Numbered from the stretch's first letter, positions 1-8,816 are shown. The stretch is 64,000 nucleotides of DNA from Longimicrobiales bacterium (GCA_965238005.1 OZ250165.1:4544001-4608000); one strand, 5' to 3'. The notes: generated by a model not told the origin, from the sequence alone. Translations and numbers: made by a program.

Positions 1-545
1 CGGACGGGACCAGAGAGGTCATGCTCATCACGAGGGCGGGGAGGGCTATCCGCTTTCCCGAGTCCGACCTGTCCGTGCTGGGACGTACGGCTCAGGGCGT
101 GAAGGGCATCGACCTGAAGAACCGTGACTCGGTGGTGGGGCTGCTCCTCATCCGCCGCGACGCCTGGGTGATGAGCGTTACGGACGGGGGACTCGGCAAG
201 AAGACCGCGGTGGGCGATTTCCCCCTACAGAAGCGAGGAGGGTTGGGCACCATGGCCGTGCCATCCGGGGATGAGAGCACCCTCGTGTCGGCTCTGGAGG
301 TGTTGGAGGGCGACGAGGTCATGGTCGTGACGGCCGGGGGGCGGGTCACGCGACTGACTGCCGACGAAGTCCCCGCGCAGGGCAGAAGGACACAGGGGCG
401 CCGGCTGGTGCAGCTGGAGGGTGGGGACCGAGTCGTGGAGGTAACACGGGCCTACGGGGCCGCCGGGGCCCGCAGGGGGCCCGAGGGAGAGGAGGCTCCC
501 GGGCAACTGGATCTGCTCGGTGCAGGGGCGACCGACGCCGGCTGA
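1..545 (+). CDS. gyrA: DNA gyrase/topoisomerase IV subunit A, C-terminal beta-pinwheel (partial, starts before window)
   Basis: Blade repeats GRAIRFPESDLSVLGRTAQGVKGI, GKKT..FPLQKRGGLG, VPAQGRRTQGRRL. A ParC-like paralog cannot be excluded. Confidence 0.8.
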   Translation, partial: DGTREVMLITRAGRAIRFPESDLSVLGRTAQGVKGIDLKNRDSVVGLLLIRRDAWVMSVTDGGLGKKTAVGDFPLQKRGGLGTMAVPSGDESTLVSALEVLEGDEVMVVTAGGRVTRLTADEVPAQGRRTQGRRLVQLEGGDRVVEVTRAYGAAGARRGPEGEEAPGQLDLLGAGATDAG

Positions 546-553
546 GGGAACTA

Positions 554-573
554 CGCCCCGGGGCCCCGGGGCG
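554..573. terminator. Perfect 20-bp GC palindrome between convergent genes, possible bidirectional terminator
   Basis: cgccccggggccccggggcg is its own reverse complement; no U-tract. Confidence 0.3.
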
Positions 574-607
574 AGCCCGTCCGTGCCATGGCTCGCCGCG
601 GTGTGCG

Positions 608-2386
608 CTACTCTCGCCGATCCCCCAAAGTCGCCGTAACGGTCACCCGCTCACCGTTCCGCAGCACCACGATGTCTACCTTGTCGCCCGGGGCGTGATC
701 CCTGAGGGCATACGTGTAAGCGTAGATGTCACCGACCTCTTTCCCTCCGAATTCGACGACTACGTCACCCTTTTGGAGACCGGCCTTCTGAGCCGGGCTC
801 CCCTCACGGACCCCTGAGAGACGCAGACCGAAGTCGGTGGGGACCATGTCCGGGATCGTTCCGAGGTAGGGGCCGTACCCGCGACTCGTGCTCGAAGACG
901 ACTGGCCGCGCACCGGTGTCGCAACCCCCTCGATGGGGGTGAGGGCGACGCGCTCCTCCGATCCCTCCTCGCCGGCGACCCCGAGGGCCACCTCCGTCAC
1001 GAGCTCGATGATGTGCTCCAGGCCCTCTCCATCGATCTTGTCGACGTCGTCCGAGGGCCGGTGGTAGTCCTCGTGGGTGTTGGAGAAGAAGTGCAGGACC
1101 GGGATGCCCTCTCCATAGAAAGAGGAGTGATCCGAGGGGCCGAACCCGTCAGGAGAAGTAGCGATGCGCAAGGGGAGCTCCAGCGCTCGGTTGGCGTCGC
1201 CGAGGATCTCTCCCCACTCCTCCGCGGTGCCCACGCCCATGACGGTGAGTGTGCGGCCCTCCATGCGACCCACCATGTCCATGTTCAGCATTGCGACCGA
1301 TCGCTCGATGGGGACGAGGGGATTCCTCACATAGTGCGCTGAGCCCCAGAGACCCTTCTCTTCACCCGTGAAGGCGATGAAGAGGACCGATCGGGCGGGA
1401 CGTCGTGAGCCCTGCGCCAGCCGCTGAGCGACCTCGATCAGCGCTGCCGATCCGCTGGCGTTGTCGTCGGCTCCGTTGTGGACCGTGCCCGCCGCGTCGG
1501 GAGCCAGGGAGCCGTCGCCTCCGAGACCAAGGTGGTCGTAATGTGCTCCGACGATCAGGATCTCGTCGGCCAGGGACCGGTCGGAGCCAGGGAGCAGGGC
1601 CGCGACGTTCCTGGCCTCGGACATACGCGGCTGTACGGAGGTTCGGAGCGTGGCGGTCGCGCCGGCCTGGGCCGCCCGTCGAATCCGGTCGGCAGCTTCA
1701 CCTTGGACGGCGGCGACCGGAATGCGAAGGGCCGCTCGCGTCTCCTTGAACAAGCTGGGAAGCTCCTGCCTTTCGCGCATGAGCACCAGGAGGCCGAAGG
1801 CCCCGCGCCCCGCCGCCACCGAGGCCTTGAAGTGGGGATCGGCCTGCAAGGCCCGGCTGGAGCGGGCTTCGAGGTCCCCATCTTCGACGACGACGATGCG
1901 GTGCTCCAGTGGGAGCATGGGATAAGTGTTGTCCGGGTCGCCCGGCCGGTTGATGCCGTCCCCCCCGTAGATCAGGGGTACGGTGACGGCATCGGTTGCC
2001 GAGTATCCAAACGGGATCCAGTCGAATTCGACGGGGTAGCTGGCCTGGTCGACCAGGAGCTCGTTGCCGGCTACCAGGGCCGAGCCCGCACGAATGGCGA
2101 AGCTCTGGAAGTAGCTGCCGCCCGGTCCGGCACCCTCGAGTCCGAGGTTCTCGAGCCGGCTGGCGATGTAATCTGCGGCACAACGAGCTCCCCGGGAGCC
2201 GACCTCGCGGCCCTCCAGGGTGTCGTCCGCCAGATAACGAACATGTGCCAGGGCACCGGCGGACGCCCGTGTGCGACGCTCCGCCTCGGGGCAGTTCTGG
2301 GTCACCTGGCCCGCTACGAGGCCGGTGGGGCCCGCCAGGGCGAATCCACCCGCGAGCGCTGCGAGGAAGGTGAACAATCTAAGCAT
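608..2386 (-). CDS. Secreted M28 family metallopeptidase with PA-like and C-terminal PDZ domains
   Basis: Signal peptide; VGAHYDHLG, NGADDNASG, FTGEEKG, LNMDMVGR, SDHSSF, DYHRPSD; PDZ YLGTIPD..GSPAQKAGL. Confidence 0.92.
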   Translation of the reverse strand: MLRLFTFLAALAGGFALAGPTGLVAGQVTQNCPEAERRTRASAGALAHVRYLADDTLEGREVGSRGARCAADYIASRLENLGLEGAGPGGSYFQSFAIRAGSALVAGNELLVDQASYPVEFDWIPFGYSATDAVTVPLIYGGDGINRPGDPDNTYPMLPLEHRIVVVEDGDLEARSSRALQADPHFKASVAAGRGAFGLLVLMRERQELPSLFKETRAALRIPVAAVQGEAADRIRRAAQAGATATLRTSVQPRMSEARNVAALLPGSDRSLADEILIVGAHYDHLGLGGDGSLAPDAAGTVHNGADDNASGSAALIEVAQRLAQGSRRPARSVLFIAFTGEEKGLWGSAHYVRNPLVPIERSVAMLNMDMVGRMEGRTLTVMGVGTAEEWGEILGDANRALELPLRIATSPDGFGPSDHSSFYGEGIPVLHFFSNTHEDYHRPSDDVDKIDGEGLEHIIELVTEVALGVAGEEGSEERVALTPIEGVATPVRGQSSSSTSRGYGPYLGTIPDMVPTDFGLRLSGVREGSPAQKAGLQKGDVVVEFGGKEVGDIYAYTYALRDHAPGDKVDIVVLRNGERVTVTATLGDRRE

Positions 2387-2411
2387 CGATCATCCTCTTG
2401 GAGGACATTGA

Positions 2412-3503
2412 ATGTTTTCCCTAGTAGAGCCGCCGCCTGCTGCCGGCATGGTCGCGGCCTTCCTGCTCTCCGCAGCCGGTCCGACCCCACCCGCTTCCGA
2501 CCGCACACCGGATCCGTGGGGCTATTCGCCTCCCCAGTCGCAGGAGGTACACCTGCGAAACGTCCGTCAGCTCACCTTCGAGGGCGAGAACGCCGAGGCC
2601 TACTTCTCGTTCGACGGCACCCGGCTGATCTTCCAATCCACACCGCGCAGCGGGGGGTGTGATCAAATCTACACGATGTCGCTGGACGGGACCGATGTGC
2701 AGATGCTCAGCACGGGACAGGGTCGCACGACGTGCTCGTACTACTACCCCGCCGGCGACAAGATTCTCTACTCGTCTACCCATCACTTCGCCAGCGCCTG
2801 CCCGGCCGTCCCGGACTTCTCCCGGGGCTACGTCTGGGCGGTCTATCCCAGCTTCGACATCTTCGTGGCCGACGCGGACGGGTCGAACCTCACGCAGTTG
2901 ACGACCAGCTTCGGTTACGACGCCGAAGCGACGTTCTCGCCGGTAGGGGATCGGGTGGTGTTCACGTCCATGCGCGACGGTGATCTCGACATCTACTCCA
3001 TGGCGCCCGACGGCTCCGACGTTCAACGGCTCACGGACGCGGTCGGGTACGACGGCGGACCGTTCTACTCGCCCGACGGGTCGAAGATCGTCTATCGCGC
3101 TCATCGTCCCACGGATGCCCGGGAGGTCGAGGACTACACTACGCTTCTCGCCGACGGACTGATCCGGCCGAGCGTTCTGGAGATCTTCGTCATGAATGCC
3201 GACGGATCGGATCAGACGGAGATCACGCACAACGGAGCGGCGAACTTCGGTCCGTATTGGCACCCTTCGGGGACCAAGATCATCTTCGCGTCGAACATGG
3301 ATGATCGCACCGGCCGTGATTTCGAGCTCTACATGGTCAAGGAGGACGGCTCTGGTCTGGAGCGGATTACGTACTCGGACGGGTTCGACGGCTTCCCCGT
3401 CTTCAGCCCGGACGGCCGCTACCTGGTCTGGGGCTCGAACCGGGACCAGGCCGAGGAGGGCGAGACCAACATCTTCATCGCCGAGTGGGTGGAGAGCCCC
3501 TGA
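2412..3503 (+). CDS. TolB-like PD40 beta-propeller protein (start may be ATG 2448)
   Basis: Repeats GENAEAYFSFDG, GYDAEATFSP, GYDGGPFYSPDG, GFDGFPVFSPDG. Confidence 0.88.
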   Translation: MFSLVEPPPAAGMVAAFLLSAAGPTPPASDRTPDPWGYSPPQSQEVHLRNVRQLTFEGENAEAYFSFDGTRLIFQSTPRSGGCDQIYTMSLDGTDVQMLSTGQGRTTCSYYYPAGDKILYSSTHHFASACPAVPDFSRGYVWAVYPSFDIFVADADGSNLTQLTTSFGYDAEATFSPVGDRVVFTSMRDGDLDIYSMAPDGSDVQRLTDAVGYDGGPFYSPDGSKIVYRAHRPTDAREVEDYTTLLADGLIRPSVLEIFVMNADGSDQTEITHNGAANFGPYWHPSGTKIIFASNMDDRTGRDFELYMVKEDGSGLERITYSDGFDGFPVFSPDGRYLVWGSNRDQAEEGETNIFIAEWVESP

Positions 3504-3508
3504 CCCCG

Positions 3509-3684
3509 GTTCCGTTGCCGAAGTTCGCGAGCCACCAAGAGGGTCGGGGCGCCGTGCGATCAAGGCGGGACGACGCGGCGTAGCCTAGGCGGGCACCGCG
3601 CGAAGCGTGGTCGCAAGGAGTCCCAACGCCGTGCCCACGGATGCACCGTGCCCTCGACCGGCCGAGACACTTTGGCAACGGGAC
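3509..3684. mobile_element. MITE-like non-coding element with imperfect terminal inverted repeats
   Basis: gttccgttgccgaagt (3509-3524) vs actttggcaacgggac (3669-3684), 14/16 complementary; CTAG at 3686; lies between convergent stops. Confidence 0.5.
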
Positions 3685-3685
3685 A

Positions 3686-4297
3686 CTAGGCTCCGTCGAA
3701 GAGATCGAGGAACCCCGTGAGGATCCCGTACGTCAGCCCCCACACCGCGTGCTCACCCACCTGGAGGCCTGGGAAGGCCCTGGGGCCCTCGGGAAGGTGG
3801 ATCGTGGTCGTGTGGCGGATTTCGGGATCGCGGAGCTTGGAGAGCTCAATCCACATCACCGACTCGACCTCTGATGAGTTCACCGAAGCGGTGACGTCGG
3901 GAGGGACCCCGAAGACGTATGGCACGATGGTGAGGCGGGGAAGACGCTCGCCGGTCGGCGACACCTCCGCCAGACGGCCCAGGCGCCATCCCCGGGCCTC
4001 CAGCTCGACGCCCGTCTCCTCGGCAGTCTCCCGGATGGCCGTACCGGCGAGGTCGGGGTCGCCCGGCTCTCTCCGGCCACCGGGCAGCGCCATGTGTCCC
4101 GACCAGGGATCCCGCTCCGACTCCGCACGCTTGATCAGGAGAACCTCCAGCTCGGCGGCGGTTCGCAGGACCAGGGACACCGCGGCCTGGGCGTGCCCTT
4201 CCAATGGCTGGGGATCGCTGGCGGCCCCGCCGTCGCTGGAGAGGAGGTCCATCAGCCTCTGAAGACGGGCGTCCGGAGGTGAGTGGGAATGGGTCAC
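3686..4297 (-). CDS. Nudix hydrolase, CoA pyrophosphatase (NudL/PCD1-like)
   Basis: LLIKRA..DPWSGHMALPGGRREPGD..TAIRETAEETG; C-terminal VWGLT. Confidence 0.9.
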   Translation of the reverse strand: MTHSHSPPDARLQRLMDLLSSDGGAASDPQPLEGHAQAAVSLVLRTAAELEVLLIKRAESERDPWSGHMALPGGRREPGDPDLAGTAIRETAEETGVELEARGWRLGRLAEVSPTGERLPRLTIVPYVFGVPPDVTASVNSSEVESVMWIELSKLRDPEIRHTTTIHLPEGPRAFPGLQVGEHAVWGLTYGILTGFLDLFDGA

Positions 4298-4319
4298 GCT
4301 CCCGCATACCCCCGGGGCA

Positions 4320-4507
4320 GGCGGCGAGGTTCAGGCTGCCCGGGCGGCGACCGAGTCCGAGGGGACTTAAGGGACAGCGTTCACGGCACCGAAAGGGCCC
4401 ATTTGGCGAGGAATCACTCGCCTCACGGATCGCCGAGGTGAATCTGGTGCCAGGGGATCTTCTCGGCCTGAGGCTACGGGCTCAAGGGATCAGTGGCGGC
4501 CTCCTGG
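4320..4507 (+). ncRNA. ssrS: Probable 6S RNA
   Basis: About 185 nt rod-like self-complementarity: gaggtt/ggcctc closing stem, gagtccg(4353-4359)/cgggctc(4477-4483), ggcacc(4385-4390)/ggtgcc(4446-4451), apical ggcgag/ctcgcc. 5' GTTC and 3' gggctcaagg resemble 6S consensus elements. Confidence 0.55.
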
Positions 4508-4748
4508 ACGGCATTCCTACGGCTCATTGGGGTGCGAGAGAGGTATAGCCTCGATCGCTGCCACAATCGATCAGCGCGGATACCCGACTTTCCGGTATCG
4601 AACGCTCCTCCAGGCACCCGACTACGTCGTGTTGGTGCAGCAGGCCGCTCGGCCGCTCGGGGGGTCATCCTGAACTTCTTCAGACTCTGCCGCGACCAGC
4701 TACTTGTCAGCGTCAGGCGATGGGCCGCCCTTTTGAGGCTCCACCGGG

Positions 4749-4781
4749 CGTACGTATCTTTTCGTTCAGATCATACGTATG
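4749..4781. promoter_or_regulatory. Dyad operator-like motif, copy 1 (TACGTAT-containing 10-mers, 13-nt spacer)
   Basis: cgtacgtatc-N13-catacgtatg; same architecture at 14694-14726. Confidence 0.35.
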
Positions 4782-4807
4782 CGTCAGCGGGCTCCGTGAC
4801 GGGACCG

Positions 4808-4942
4808 CTCAAGGTTCTGGAGCCTGAGTCGGCTGCGGTGGTGGATGCCGCGCGGTGCCCTGCCGAGCGGTGCCTTGCCGCGCTGTGCCTTGCCGAGATC
4901 AAGACCACCGCAAGTCTCCAGCGCCCCCACGTCCTCCCGCTC
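4808..4942 (+). pseudogene. Ser/Thr protein kinase N-lobe fragment
   Basis: LKVLEPESAAVV..AERCL..AEIKTTASLQRPHVLPL resembles kinase subdomain II-IV pattern KVLxPELAAVxGAERFLAEIKTTANLQHPHILPL; no start or remainder. Confidence 0.7.
4847..4897 (+). repeat. 15-bp tandem repeat x3
   Basis: gccgcgcggtgccct / gccgagcggtgcctt / gccgcgctgtgcctt / gccgag. Confidence 0.8.
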
Positions 4943-5137
4943 GGAACCTCCATCACCGTGCGTCCCATCGAGCCATGGACGGTTTTCAGAGGCCGGGGGA
5001 AGGAAGGTCCGGCACCAGCCAAGGATTCCAGCGCCAGTGGGATCCATCGTCCCTACGAGGCCCCTCAACGGACCGGACTTCTATGACCTCGTGACCCCTC
5101 CTCGGGCCCTCCAGGGGCTCCTGAGAGGCCCTCAAAC

Positions 5138-5187
5138 AACCCCTTATATTCATCGTAACGTGTTGTCACTTCTTTAGATAAGGGGTT
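5138..5187 (+). promoter_or_regulatory. Inverted repeat able to sequester the RBS of the HNH gene
   Basis: aaccccttat (5138-5147) and ataaggggtt (5178-5187) form a perfect 10-bp IR; the right arm holds the AAGGGG SD before ATG 5192. Confidence 0.5.
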
Positions 5188-5191
5188 TTCT

Positions 5192-6790
5192 ATGGGTCCC
5201 GCCACGCTCACCGTCACCGAGGTCTCGCATGTCTCTCCAGGAGTTGAAAACCGGGAGCCCGCACAGTCCAACGCCGATGATGCAGCGGCCGACGACGAAC
5301 TGGATGCTCTCCAGGATCTCGGCGACAAGATCGCCACTCTCGCGGCGCACATCCATGCCGTCGAGTACCGCTTCCTCACACTGATCGCCGAGTTCGACCG
5401 GCGCCGAGGTTGGGAGTCGGGCGGGCACCGCACGTGCGCCCACTGGCTCGCCTTCCGCACCGGGATCGAACTGGGCGCCGCCCGCGAGAGGGTGCGAGCC
5501 GCCCGGGCGCTCACCGAGCTCCCCCAGATCAGCGCGTCCATGGAGCAGGGCGAGCCTTCCTTTGCGCAGGTGCGGGCGCTCACGCGCGTAGCCACTCCCG
5601 AGTGCGAAGGCGAGCTGCTCGAGCTCGCACACTGTAGCACGGCGGCCCAACTGGAGAGGATTGTGATGGCGTGGCGTCGGCTGAGCCGATTCGACGAAAA
5701 CGAGCTCGAGAGGATGCGGCATCGCTCGCGGTGTTTCTCTGTCTTCCCGGACGAGGACGGCATGTACGTGGTGCGCGGAAGGTTGGACGCCGAGGTGGGG
5801 GCAATGCTCATGCGGGCGATCGATGCGGCGAGCGATGCTCTGTTCCGTAAGGATACCTCGAAGGACACCTCGGAGGAAACCTCGGGGGAGATCGAGCCGA
5901 AGCAGCGGCGTGCGGACGCGGTGGGGCTCATGGCCGAGCGTGCCCTGGCGGTGGGGTTCGGCCGAACGGGCGTGGAAGCCACGCACGGAGAGGACCGTGC
6001 GGTGGGCGAGGACGGCGTGGACCGGGCCGACGACGAGGACACCGCACCCCTGAGTGGCAGCCGGGCCGAGCGCTATCAGGTGGTCCTCCACGTAGAGGCG
6101 GCCACGCTGGAGAGCGAGCGAGAGCCGGGGCGCTCGGAGCTGGAGGACGGGACACGCGTTTCCGCGGAAACGTCCCGGAGGCTCTCGTGTGATGCGAGCG
6201 TGGTCCAACTCAGCGAGGCCCCGGACGGCTCCGTGCTCGACGTGGGACGAAAGACGCGGACGATTCCGCTGGCGCTCAGGCGTGCGCTGGAGTCCCGGGA
6301 CCGGGAGTGCCGCTTCCCGGGCTGTGGGCTCCGCTTCACCGACGCCCATCACGTGAGGCACTGGGCCGACGGTGGTGAGACGAACCTGGAGAATCTGGTC
6401 CTGCTATGCCGTTTCCATCACCGATTGGTGCACGAGGAGGGGTACACGGTGCACTTCCCCCGGGGCGGATGGCCGAATTCCCCGGACCGGCGGCCGAACT
6501 TCCTAGAGGGGCAGCCGAACTTCCTAGGCCAGAAGCTCTACTTCCTCGACCCGAGGATGAGGCTGATCCCGGACGCTCCGCCTCCTTCACCGCCACTTCC
6601 GAGCGAGCCCGTCGAGGCGCTCGTAGAGCTGAACCGGCTCCGGGGTGTCGAGCCCGACTTCCTCACGAGCGCGGCCCGGTACAAGCGCGAGCACGACATT
6701 CCCTTAGCGGTCTTCGTGCGGGCGTTGGAAGCTCTGGAGAGTTCGTCCGGAGCTCCCGAACCCGACGTGAGGGGCCCGGCGACCCCCTGA
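5192..6790 (+). CDS. DUF222 (13E12-repeat-like) domain protein with C-terminal HNH endonuclease
   Basis: LIAEFDRRRGW..CAHWL..ARERVRAARAL; RRLSCDA..LDVGRKTR; RDRECRFPGC..DAHHVRHWADGGETNLENLVLLCRFHH. Confidence 0.9.
   Translation: MGPATLTVTEVSHVSPGVENREPAQSNADDAAADDELDALQDLGDKIATLAAHIHAVEYRFLTLIAEFDRRRGWESGGHRTCAHWLAFRTGIELGAARERVRAARALTELPQISASMEQGEPSFAQVRALTRVATPECEGELLELAHCSTAAQLERIVMAWRRLSRFDENELERMRHRSRCFSVFPDEDGMYVVRGRLDAEVGAMLMRAIDAASDALFRKDTSKDTSEETSGEIEPKQRRADAVGLMAERALAVGFGRTGVEATHGEDRAVGEDGVDRADDEDTAPLSGSRAERYQVVLHVEAATLESEREPGRSELEDGTRVSAETSRRLSCDASVVQLSEAPDGSVLDVGRKTRTIPLALRRALESRDRECRFPGCGLRFTDAHHVRHWADGGETNLENLVLLCRFHHRLVHEEGYTVHFPRGGWPNSPDRRPNFLEGQPNFLGQKLYFLDPRMRLIPDAPPPSPPLPSEPVEALVELNRLRGVEPDFLTSAARYKREHDIPLAVFVRALEALESSSGAPEPDVRGPATP
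5849..5884 (+). repeat. 12-bp in-frame tandem repeat x3 (KDTS KDTS EETS)
   Basis: aaggatacctcg aaggacacctcg gaggaaacctcg. Confidence 0.8.
6473..6556 (+). repeat. 21-bp in-frame tandem repeat x4, degenerate (PNSPDRR PNFLEGQ PNFLGQK LYFLDPR)
   Basis: ccgaattcc.. / ccgaacttcctag.. / ccgaacttcctag.. / ctctacttcctcg.. at 21-nt period. Confidence 0.75.
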
Positions 6791-6882
6791 ACCCCAATCA
6801 GGTGCAGAACCTAGGCAGACGCATATCGGGCATCGGCTGCTCATCGAAGGCCTCACCGTAGCGCCGCAATTTGTCAACTCCA

Positions 6883-7078
6883 AACGCTCCTCCAGATCGA
6901 GCGGTGCTTGCACTCCGCGCACGTGACGGGTCCGATCCTCGACACCGACGAGCAGGATGCCTCCCGCCGTGTTGGCAAACGCCACAAGAGTCTTGAGCAA
7001 CCCCTGTCGAGCGGAGAGGTCACGCTTGAACTTGAGCGTCTGACCCCCGTCGCGTTTTAGTAGATCGATGAGGTCGAT
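6883..7078 (-). pseudogene. Schlafen/AlbA_2 domain protein, N-terminal fragment
   Basis: IDLIDLLKRDGGQTLKFKRDL..LKTLVAFANTAGGILLVGVED..LEERL; apparent start is ATC; similarity stops after LEERL. Confidence 0.75.
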
Positions 7079-7142
7079 ACTCGGAAGTCCACTCAGAAGC
7101 TACTCAGATGCGCGATTCTTCCGAGCTAGTAGCACTCATGTC

Positions 7143-7820
7143 TCAGACGCCCCTGGCGTCGGGCTCCCAGATGTGCTTGTGGAGCTGCGTCTGGAGGCGG
7201 ACGGGGAGCCGGTCCTCGAGAACCCAGCGGGCCAGATCAGCGAGGTCGAGCCCGTCCCACACGGGTGAGACCAGGAGGGCGGCCAGCCTACCATCCTCCA
7301 GTCGACGGTCGAGCTCGCGCTCGCGGATGACGTCTCTCGTCCACTCGTAGTCCGTGCGGTCGGCTACGACGAACTTCACCTCGTCGCGCACCGTCAGCTG
7401 GTCGAGATTGTCCCAGAGGTTCTTGTCGACCTCGCCGGAGCCGGGGCACTTGAGGTCCATGATCTTGTGCGCTCGCGGGTCCAGCGGGGCTACGTCGACC
7501 GAGCCCGAAGTCTCCACGAGAACCGTGAACCCGTTGTTCAGGAGCATTTCGACGAGGCGGAAGGCATTGGGATGCACCAAAGGCTCGCCTCCGGTGATCT
7601 CGACCAAGCGTGTGCCGATGGAGCGCGCCTTGGCTACGATCGCATCGAGGGCCACGCGCTCGCCTCCATGGAAGGCGTACTCCGTATCGCACCACACACA
7701 CCGCAGCGGGCACCCCGTGAGGCGCACGAAGGTGCACGGCAAGCCCGACCAGGTGGACTCACCCTGGATGGAATGGAAGATCTCCGTCACCCGGAGGAAG
7801 GGCGCACCGGCTTCGCTCAT
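7143..7820 (-). CDS. queE: 7-carboxy-7-deazaguanine synthase (radical SAM)
   Basis: EIFHSIQGES, FVRLTGCPLRCVWCDT, ITGGEP, ETSG, QLHKHIW. Confidence 0.93.
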   Translation of the reverse strand: MSEAGAPFLRVTEIFHSIQGESTWSGLPCTFVRLTGCPLRCVWCDTEYAFHGGERVALDAIVAKARSIGTRLVEITGGEPLVHPNAFRLVEMLLNNGFTVLVETSGSVDVAPLDPRAHKIMDLKCPGSGEVDKNLWDNLDQLTVRDEVKFVVADRTDYEWTRDVIRERELDRRLEDGRLAALLVSPVWDGLDLADLARWVLEDRLPVRLQTQLHKHIWEPDARGV

Positions 7821-8134
7821 GCGTCGTTTCTCCTGCTCTTGTTCGGCCAGAGGAACCCCAGGGGCGACTCCCGCACCACGCTGCCTGCCATGAAGAGAAC
7901 GTTGGCCGGCCGCTCCGCCAGGCGCCGCATCAGGTAGGGGTACCAGGCCTCTCCGAAGGGGATGTAGACACGCACGTCCAGCCTTTGGACGTTCGCTTCA
8001 CGGATAGCCGAGACCAGCTCGTCCACGGTGTCCCCGGGTACGAAGCGCCGACTCTTTGCCCTGAGCGGCGTTCCTGTGACGAGCCTTTTGGCGGCCCGTG
8101 ATTCCGAGAGAAAGATCAATCCGTTACGCAGCAT
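7817..8134 (-). pseudogene. Proline dehydrogenase (monofunctional PutB type) with large in-frame internal deletion
   Basis: N-term RRFVPGDT joined near 7980 to C-term VRVYIPFGEAWYPYLMRRLAERPAN; 105 aa vs roughly 300 typical. Confidence 0.85.
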
Positions 8135-8145
8135 CTATGCTTGGC

Positions 8146-8553
8146 TCAGTCTCGTCCGTTCTTGCGGAGAATGGCCTCGTCGAGCAGCCGCTTCACCTCT
8201 CCGAGAGGGAGCTCCTCCGCTTGGCTCCGCACCTCGTCACGCCCCTTGCCCTCCCACAACATCGGTGTCTCTACGTGTCCCACAATGCCCAGGCCGGTTT
8301 CGGCCCAGCGGGGGAACACGAGGTAGACGACGTAGGGCGCAAGAAGACTGCTCACCGATTCGACTTCTATGGATACCGTGTAGGGTTGGCCGTCCGAGCC
8401 CTCGAACGCGGGCGGCCGGTCATGCACCTTCAGGTAGCCGCCCAGAGTGGCGTCGGGGGCGTCGGTCTCAAGGCCATCGGTCTCCTCGGGGCTGGTCTCA
8501 GGGTTGGCGTCGGGGGCGTCGCCCGCCGGCGGTGGGCTCGGTGATTCCTCCAT
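8146..8553 (-). CDS. Hypothetical protein
   Basis: GGAG SD before ATG, normal codon bias, co-oriented with downstream genes. Confidence 0.7.
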   Translation of the reverse strand: MEESPSPPPAGDAPDANPETSPEETDGLETDAPDATLGGYLKVHDRPPAFEGSDGQPYTVSIEVESVSSLLAPYVVYLVFPRWAETGLGIVGHVETPMLWEGKGRDEVRSQAEELPLGEVKRLLDEAILRKNGRD

Positions 8554-8816
8554 GCTCCTGGCTCCTCGGGTCGTGTCGCCGTGAAAGTCCTGAAAGGTAA
8601 GAGAACGGTGTTAGACCTGCCCACTCCGTGAGCCTAGATTACCGTCATGATGACGCTACGCCCTCTCGACGCACGCCCAGGCATCTTCGCCCCTCCCGAC
8701 CTCCCGGGGGACTGAGCCTGGGAGCCTACCTCCTTCGAGGCTGGTGGGAGGTTTCGATCGGCTCCATGGGTTCTCGATCTCGTCGCGCTTCGAACCCGAT
8801 TCCCCTGGAGAGCACA

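Noticed and set aside
8554..8816. Lysine riboswitch upstream of lat
   Set aside because: No recognisable L-box consensus elements; the ORF extension to 8628 also looks non-coding.
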